Below are positions 28,316 to 32,000 of a stretch of DNA of 32,000 bases, piece by piece. Position numbers and translations under genes: made by a program. The notes under the pieces are model-generated. The model saw only the letters and a program-made list of their open reading frames with translations. It made no database searches and was not told where the DNA came from. The DNA is from Bacillus subtilis subsp. subtilis str. 168 (lineage in GTDB: Bacteria > Bacillota > Bacilli > Bacillales > Bacillaceae): NCBI RefSeq assembly GCF_000009045.1, contig NC_000964.3:2670001-2702000 (forward strand), written 5' to 3'. Numbering within the stretch: the stretch's first letter is position 1; the number at the start of each line of letters is the position of its first letter.

Positions 28316-28456
28316 TTAGGCTGATTCCTTTTTATTTTTTTGCGCAAGCTTCTCTTGGTGTTCATTCATACGCTGAACAAGTATGCCACTGAGGTATTTG
28401 TAGGCTTTGGCCTCTGCCTGTTCAAACAGTGGTCCTTTTTTCAAGATGACTTTCAT
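28316..28456 (-). CDS. Candidate small ORF (46 aa) between yqaF and yqaG
   Basis: MKVILKKGPLFEQAEAKAYKYLSGILVQRMNEHQEKLAQKNKKESA. GGAGG lies 10 nt upstream of the ATG at 28456. Below the ORF track cut-off. Confidence 0.45.
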   Translation of the reverse strand: MKVILKKGPLFEQAEAKAYKYLSGILVQRMNEHQEKLAQKNKKESA

Positions 28457-28485
28457 AATTAAAAGGCCTCCTTTGTGAATTCTAA

Positions 28486-28716
28486 TCATGCTGAATCCTT
28501 AGAATTATGTTTCGTTTCGTTACATACATCCTCAAAAAAAATAGTCCAGTCAAAGCCTAATTTCTCTCCTATTTTTTTTGAGACAATAACACTAGGCTTC
28601 CTAGTACCATTTTCTATCATGGTGTAGTATGCTCTACCAATCTGTGCAGCTTTGGCAACTTCTTCTTGAGTAAACCCTTTTTCTAAGCGGTTTTTCTTAA
28701 GCCATTTTCTCATCAT
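28486..28716 (-). CDS. yqaF: Cro-like Xre-family HTH protein, first gene of the early operon
   Basis: 76 aa with HTH FTQEEVAKAAQIGRAYYTMIENGTRKPS. Divergent from sknR. Confidence 0.85.
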   Translation of the reverse strand: MMRKWLKKNRLEKGFTQEEVAKAAQIGRAYYTMIENGTRKPSVIVSKKIGEKLGFDWTIFFEDVCNETKHNSKDSA

Positions 28717-28740
28717 TTTTCACCCCCTTAATCAGAAAAT

Positions 28741-28853
28741 GTAACGTTTCGTTACTTAGATAATAGTATCGATTCGTTACATTGTCAACACATTTTCATA
28801 AAAAAAGTATCGTTTTGTTACCAAAACTTATATGTAACCCTTTGTTACGTTAC
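28741..28853. promoter_or_regulatory. Cluster of four 15-bp operators (GTAWC-N5-GTTAC) plus an extra half-site
   Basis: Sites: 28741-28755 gtaacgtttcgttac (perfect inverted repeat), 28766-28780 gtatcgattcgttac, 28807-28821 gtatcgttttgttac, 28834-28848 gtaaccctttgttac. An extra gttac at 28849-28853 overlaps a TACAAT box (28851-28856) that could be the sknR -10. Confidence 0.7.
28760..28788 (-). promoter_or_regulatory. Early promoter of yqaF (TTGACA-N17-TATTAT)
   Basis: On the minus strand the -35 ttgaca is at 28788..28783 and the -10 tattat at 28765..28760. The second operator fills almost the whole 17-nt spacer (15 of 17 nt). Confidence 0.65.
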
Positions 28854-28892
28854 AATGAGATATAGAATAAAAACAAAAGTCAGGTGATTAAT

Positions 28893-29243
28893 ATGTTCTC
28901 CGAGAACTTGAAAAAGTGCAGAAAACAAAAGAAACTAACCCAACAAAATATGGCTGATAAACTTGGAATTACTCGGCCTGCCTACACCGCCTATGAACTA
29001 GGTAGTCGTGAGCCTGACTATAAAACCTTAATTAATATTTCAAACATACTTGATGTTTCTTTGGATTATCTTCTTAAAGGAGAAAGCAATGAAAAAGTAT
29101 TTCAGGATGAAGCAAAAAAAGTGTTAAACGATCCTGAAACATTCCTTGCAGCAAAAGACGGTGAGGTAACAGATGAGATCTTACAGGCTGCTTTGGAGAT
29201 TATAACGGAGCAATTAAAAGAAAGACGGAAATCAGATAAATAA
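28893..29243 (+). CDS. sknR: CI/Xre-like repressor of the skin element
   Basis: HTH LTQQNMADKLGITRPAYTAYELGSREPD. AGGTGA lies 5 nt before the ATG at 28893 (116 aa). The listed GTG at 28884 lies inside the RBS. Confidence 0.85.
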   Translation: MFSENLKKCRKQKKLTQQNMADKLGITRPAYTAYELGSREPDYKTLINISNILDVSLDYLLKGESNEKVFQDEAKKVLNDPETFLAAKDGEVTDEILQAALEIITEQLKERRKSDK

Positions 29244-29311
29244 ACGCAGTTAGTTTATTATTATTTATTTCTGTTTATTATGTTTAATTCTGTTTACTAA
29301 TAAGATTTAGA

Positions 29312-29423
29312 TTCTCATTTATATTTCATTCATACCCTCATTTAAAAAGTGATTTTGAATCCTTTACAAACCCTTACGTGACAAGGGTTTTTGTTGTTTT
29401 TCTCATTTATATTTTCATTTATG
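29312..29423. repeat. Direct repeat pair ttctcatttatattt(t)catt flanking the sknR terminator, in an AT-rich spacer
   Basis: 29312-29334 ttctcatttatatttcattcata versus 29400-29423 ttctcatttatattttcatttatg. TGTTTA is also phased at 29272, 29281 and 29291. Confidence 0.6.
29368..29401 (+). terminator. sknR intrinsic terminator
   Basis: aaaccctt-acgtgac-aagggttt followed by ttgttgttttt. Confidence 0.65.
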
Positions 29424-29509
29424 TTTCTTTTATATTCTCATGTAAAAAAATTGAGCGTTTATTGTGAGGGAAATTGCAGAGTATCGAAATGGGAAAAGAG
29501 GGCTTCTTG

Positions 29510-29677
29510 TTAAAAACCTTGCAAAGTGTATGTGAAAAAAATAAACAATACAATTATCGTAACAACAATAATTGTTTCTTTAATAAAATTTTTATTATCT
29601 TCATTCTTTTGTTTCTTTTTTTTAATCTCTTCTCTGTATTTTCTTTGAACCTCTTTCTTCTTATCATTATTTTTCAT
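29510..29677 (-). CDS. yqaD: Small tail-anchored membrane protein (55 aa)
   Basis: Hand translation gives MKNNDKKKEVQRKYREEIKKKKQKNEDNKNFIKETIIVVTIIVLFIFFTYTLQGF. AAAGGAG lies 7 nt upstream. The listed plus-strand ORF 29474..29683 is its mirror image. Confidence 0.65.
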   Translation of the reverse strand: MKNNDKKKEVQRKYREEIKKKKQKNEDNKNFIKETIIVVTIIVLFIFFTYTLQGF

Positions 29678-30032
29678 GATTAAACTCCTTTGAAGTCCAT
29701 TTATTCCCTTGCCCCTATCATTTGCAATTGTAATAATTCACTAATGATTACACCAACAAAAAAGGATCGGCAAGTGCTTTTCACTCAATGGTAACCAACA
29801 TAAGCACTAGCTGGACAGGTTTTAGGATGTATCTAATCGTTGAGGTTCCATTTCCTGCAACTGATCCAAAAACTTCCTTATGAAGAACAATCTCTTCTCT
29901 GTTGTGGGGATGCTACCAAAAATAGTAGGCAAATTGATAGCGGTATTAAAAAAACAGCTCATTAAATGCCATACTGGAACTGTCTTTGATTTTTGGATTT
30001 ATTTTCTGATGCAGCTATTGCTATCCGTTAGT

Positions 30033-30569
30033 TTAATTAGAACTCAGATAATCCAAGACACGGTCAACTCTTTCATTGACTGAGCAGTCGTCTTCAATCT
30101 TTAACACTGGACAAGATAAATCTGCCATCCAATGTTCATGCAAAGCTCTACTTCTAACTTCCATTCCAGCATTATCATATAAAGAAGCCCACTCTAAAAA
30201 TGTTTTTGATTGTTCATATTTACTGCCACCGGCTAACACTTCGTTTCCATAACGCTGAAATTCCCTGTGCCTTAGTCTCTCAAGCCGTATATCTTGTGGA
30301 ATCCATAAGAAGACGACAAGGTCAAAATAACTTTTTAGATTATCGCCCCAGCCACACACTGCACCAGAAAGAATCCATTTTTCATTGATTGTTAAGTCTT
30401 TTTCAAGCAACTTTCTTCTTTCAGGAATTTCTCTTTTTTTAGTGAATTTGTCTAACCAATAGTAATTATCAGTATCAAGATGCGTATGAGGCAAACGCTT
30501 TGATAATGCAGCACCCAATGTTGAAGTTCCGACACCAGAGGCTCCCAATATGTGAATATTTTTTTTCAT
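30033..30569 (-). CDS. yqaC: P-loop NTPase / nucleotide kinase-like protein
   Basis: Walker A ILGASGVGTSTLG at the N-terminus. At 178 aa its size and layout resemble adenylate kinase or topology-modulation-type kinases. Confidence 0.8.
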   Translation of the reverse strand: MKKNIHILGASGVGTSTLGAALSKRLPHTHLDTDNYYWLDKFTKKREIPERRKLLEKDLTINEKWILSGAVCGWGDNLKSYFDLVVFLWIPQDIRLERLRHREFQRYGNEVLAGGSKYEQSKTFLEWASLYDNAGMEVRSRALHEHWMADLSCPVLKIEDDCSVNERVDRVLDYLSSN

Positions 30570-30655
30570 ACTTCCCCTCCTTATTAAGCAACCAAACTCC
30601 CTGTTTGTTGCATAACGTACTTACTATTATTTTGACATAAATCCCTAAAAGACCT

Positions 30656-30730
30656 TTACTTTTCGAGGGAAATCCAGATGCGTGTTAAAATCATAATACT
30701 TACGAAAACAGTCATGATTAAACGGATTCA
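30656..30730 (-). CDS. Candidate 24-aa hydrophobic peptide
   Basis: MNPLIMTVFVSIMILTRIWISLEK. AAGGAGA lies 6 nt upstream of the ATG at 30730. Located in the yqaC-yqaB intergenic region, divergent from yqaB. Confidence 0.4.
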
Positions 30731-30837
30731 TATTCCATCTCCTTAGACGCATTTTCCTATGAAAAAAGTCTTGATTTCCATATAATATTTAAACGAATCC
30801 AATTTTTAGATTGTCGTCTTTAAGGAGGTTTTTCATC

Positions 30838-31356
30838 TTGAGGTATACAAACAGTCATTTAGAGGATTGGATTGAAAACTTATACAAGAAGATTGATATT
30901 ACAGAACCAGAACAAATTAATTTTGAACGGATTGCCGAGGCTTTAGATATCAGGCTTTCGTTTAAACCTGTTACAAGCTTCGCACTTAAACACAGCGGAA
31001 TTTATAATATATGCTTGGACAGCCGTAAAAGCCGAACTGAACAATGGTATGATTTTGCTCATGAATTTTGCCATATATATAGACATGAAGGCGATAAAAA
31101 AACAATGCCTGCAACTTGGACTGATTATTTGGATTGGCAGTCCAATTATTTTACATATCACTTTTGCATTCCAACTTGCATGTTGCGTAATATCAACCTT
31201 CCGTACATACAATCACATGCAATTGAAAATGTAGCTTGGTTATTTAAGGTATCCCCTTCATTCGCTAAGAAACGTTTAAGCATTTATTACAGGAAACTGA
31301 CTCAACATTTATTTAGTCAAACTGTTACGGGAAATTTATGCCCCCCCTTTTTGTAA
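30838..31356 (+). CDS. yqaB: ImmA/IrrE-family zinc metallopeptidase-like protein
   Basis: HEXXH motif in [22 protein letters not shown] lies 9 nt before the TTG at 30838 (172 aa). The listed start 30811 precedes the RBS. Confidence 0.75.
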   Translation: MRYTNSHLEDWIENLYKKIDITEPEQINFERIAEALDIRLSFKPVTSFALKHSGIYNICLDSRKSRTEQWYDFAHEFCHIYRHEGDKKTMPATWTDYLDWQSNYFTYHFCIPTCMLRNINLPYIQSHAIENVAWLFKVSPSFAKKRLSIYYRKLTQHLFSQTVTGNLCPPFL

Positions 31357-31361
31357 TGAAT

Positions 31362-31754
31362 AATGAAATCCTCATGCATTTGCGCGCATTGAAAAAAACA
31401 AAAAAAGACGTCTCCCTTCACGATCCGATCGGGCAGGATAAGGAAGGGAATGAAATAAGCCTGATTGACGTTTTGAAATCAGAAAACGAAGACGTGATAG
31501 ATACGATCCAGCTCAATATGGAGCTTGAAAAAGTGAAACAATACATTGACATTTTAGATGACCGTGAGAAGGAAGTGATTGTCGGGCGGTTTGGACTTGA
31601 TTTGAAGAAGGAAAAAACGCAGCGAGAGATTGCCAAAGAACTCGGTATCTCACGCAGCTATGTATCGCGGATTGAAAAGCGGGCGCTGATGAAGATGTTT
31701 CATGAGTTTTATCGGGCAGAGAAGGAAAAGCGGAAGAAGGCGAAGGGGAAATAA
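31362..31754 (+). CDS. spoIIIC: 3' segment of the split sigK gene (sigma-K C-terminal half); not an independent gene
   Basis: [38 protein letters not shown]...[35 protein letters not shown] is the sigma-K region 2.4 to 4.2 sequence. The upstream in-frame residues MPPLFVMN are not sigma-like and overlap the yqaB end. Confidence 0.9.
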   Translation, partial: NEILMHLRALKKTKKDVSLHDPIGQDKEGNEISLIDVLKSENEDVIDTIQLNMELEKVKQYIDILDDREKEVIVGRFGLDLKKEKTQREIAKELGISRSYVSRIEKRALMKMFHEFYRAEKEKRKKAKGK

Positions 31755-31762
31755 TGCAGAAG

Positions 31763-31795
31763 AAGCCGGATCTCATACTCCGGCTTTCTCTATTT
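31763..31795 (+). terminator. sigK intrinsic terminator
   Basis: aagccgga-tctcatac-tccggctt followed by tctctattt. Confidence 0.6.
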
Positions 31796-31820
31796 GAAAG
31801 AGTTATGAAAATCATTTTTT

Positions 31821-32000
31821 TCATCGCTGATAAGCTCTCCGAGAAAGACAGGCAGGATCGTAACAAATAACTTGACTTATAATCCTCCCGCAGGCATTCA
31901 AAGCCGGACGTTCTAAAAGCTCTCCTGAGAAAATCCTTAGATCGGTATACTTCAGTACATCTTTAGTCCCTGCTTTCTTTATACAGGCCTCGATCTGGCT
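31821..32000 (-). CDS. C-terminal 59 codons of a convergent chromosomal gene of unknown function; 5' part lies outside the window
   Basis: Open minus-strand frame from the window edge: SQIEACIKKAGTKDVLKYTDLRIFSGELLERPALNACGRIISQVICYDPACLSRRAYQR, stopping at 31821. Not in the ORF track because no start codon lies in the window. Confidence 0.4.
   Translation of the reverse strand, partial: SQIEACIKKAGTKDVLKYTDLRIFSGELLERPALNACGRIISQVICYDPACLSRRAYQR

Larger units (their letters stand above)
1..31366. mobile_element. skin (sigK intervening) element, a PBSX-like defective prophage; partial, the left part lies outside the window
   Basis: Contiguous PBSX-like phage modules run up to a truncated sigK 3' half starting at ~31362. 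TxpA and BsrH peptide sequences are present; both are known from skin. Confidence 0.85.

Noticed and set aside
29474-29683. 69-aa plus-strand ORF (F/L/I/N-rich)
   Set aside because: It is the mirror of the minus-strand yqaD frame, which has a proper AAAGGAG RBS and a sensible basic-plus-TM design.
29880-30083. 67-aa plus-strand ORF downstream of yqaD, and a 46-aa minus-strand ORF at about 29830-29970
   Set aside because: Neither has a recognisable RBS. The plus-strand ORF runs into the 3' end of yqaC. Possibly decayed remnants, but this cannot be supported.
31513-31866. 117-aa minus-strand ORF antisense to sigK
   Set aside because: It overlaps the unmistakable sigma-K frame and its terminator. 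The sequence is Ser/Phe/Cys-rich, and a different minus frame (31821-32000) looks like the real convergent gene.
1-32000. Scan for CRISPR arrays, tRNA/rRNA genes, IS elements and integrase/recombinase genes
   Set aside because: I saw no regularly spaced direct repeats, cloverleaf-like or rRNA-like segments, or transposase/recombinase ORFs in this window.

Overview
The window is almost certainly the right ~31.4 kb of the Bacillus subtilis skin (sigK intervening) element, a PBSX-like defective prophage. It ends at the junction with the 3' half of sigK (spoIIIC, from ~31362). This rests on recognisable proteins: TxpA, BsrH, the SigK C-terminus, the YqaJ/YqaK (RecT) pair and a 1585-aa tape measure. 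Gene symbols come from my memory of the strain 168 map and were not checked by any search.

Almost everything is on the minus strand. Right to left:
- Immunity region: ImmA-like yqaB, P-loop yqaC, tiny yqaD, the repressor sknR, and a divergent cro-like yqaF with four 15-bp palindromic operators.
- Early and replication genes: yqaG to yqaO, including yqaJ exonuclease, yqaK RecT, DnaD-like yqaL, DnaC-like yqaM and RusA yqaN.
- Late genes: yqaQ (Xpf-like late activator), yqaS/yqaT terminase, yqbA portal, head genes, then sheath, tube, chaperone, tape measure and baseplate genes (yqbK to yqbT).

Features not explained by PBSX-type synteny:
1. Three AT-rich single-TM cargo genes (yqaP, yqaR, yqbC). 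All three have their own terminator; yqaP and yqbC also have their own promoter.
2. Two paralogous type I toxin-antitoxin modules (txpA/RatA and bsrH/as-bsrH) wedged between the tail tube and tail chaperone genes.
3. Several minus-strand intrinsic terminators that split the late operon at exactly these insertion points.
4. A canonical A_AAA_AAC -1 slippery site at the end of yqbN.
5. Several unlisted small ORFs with good ribosome-binding sites, including a 24-aa hydrophobic peptide.
6. Strand-specific (G-U dependent) plus-strand terminators.

No tRNA, rRNA, CRISPR array or recombinase gene is visible; spoIVCA lies at the other end of skin.
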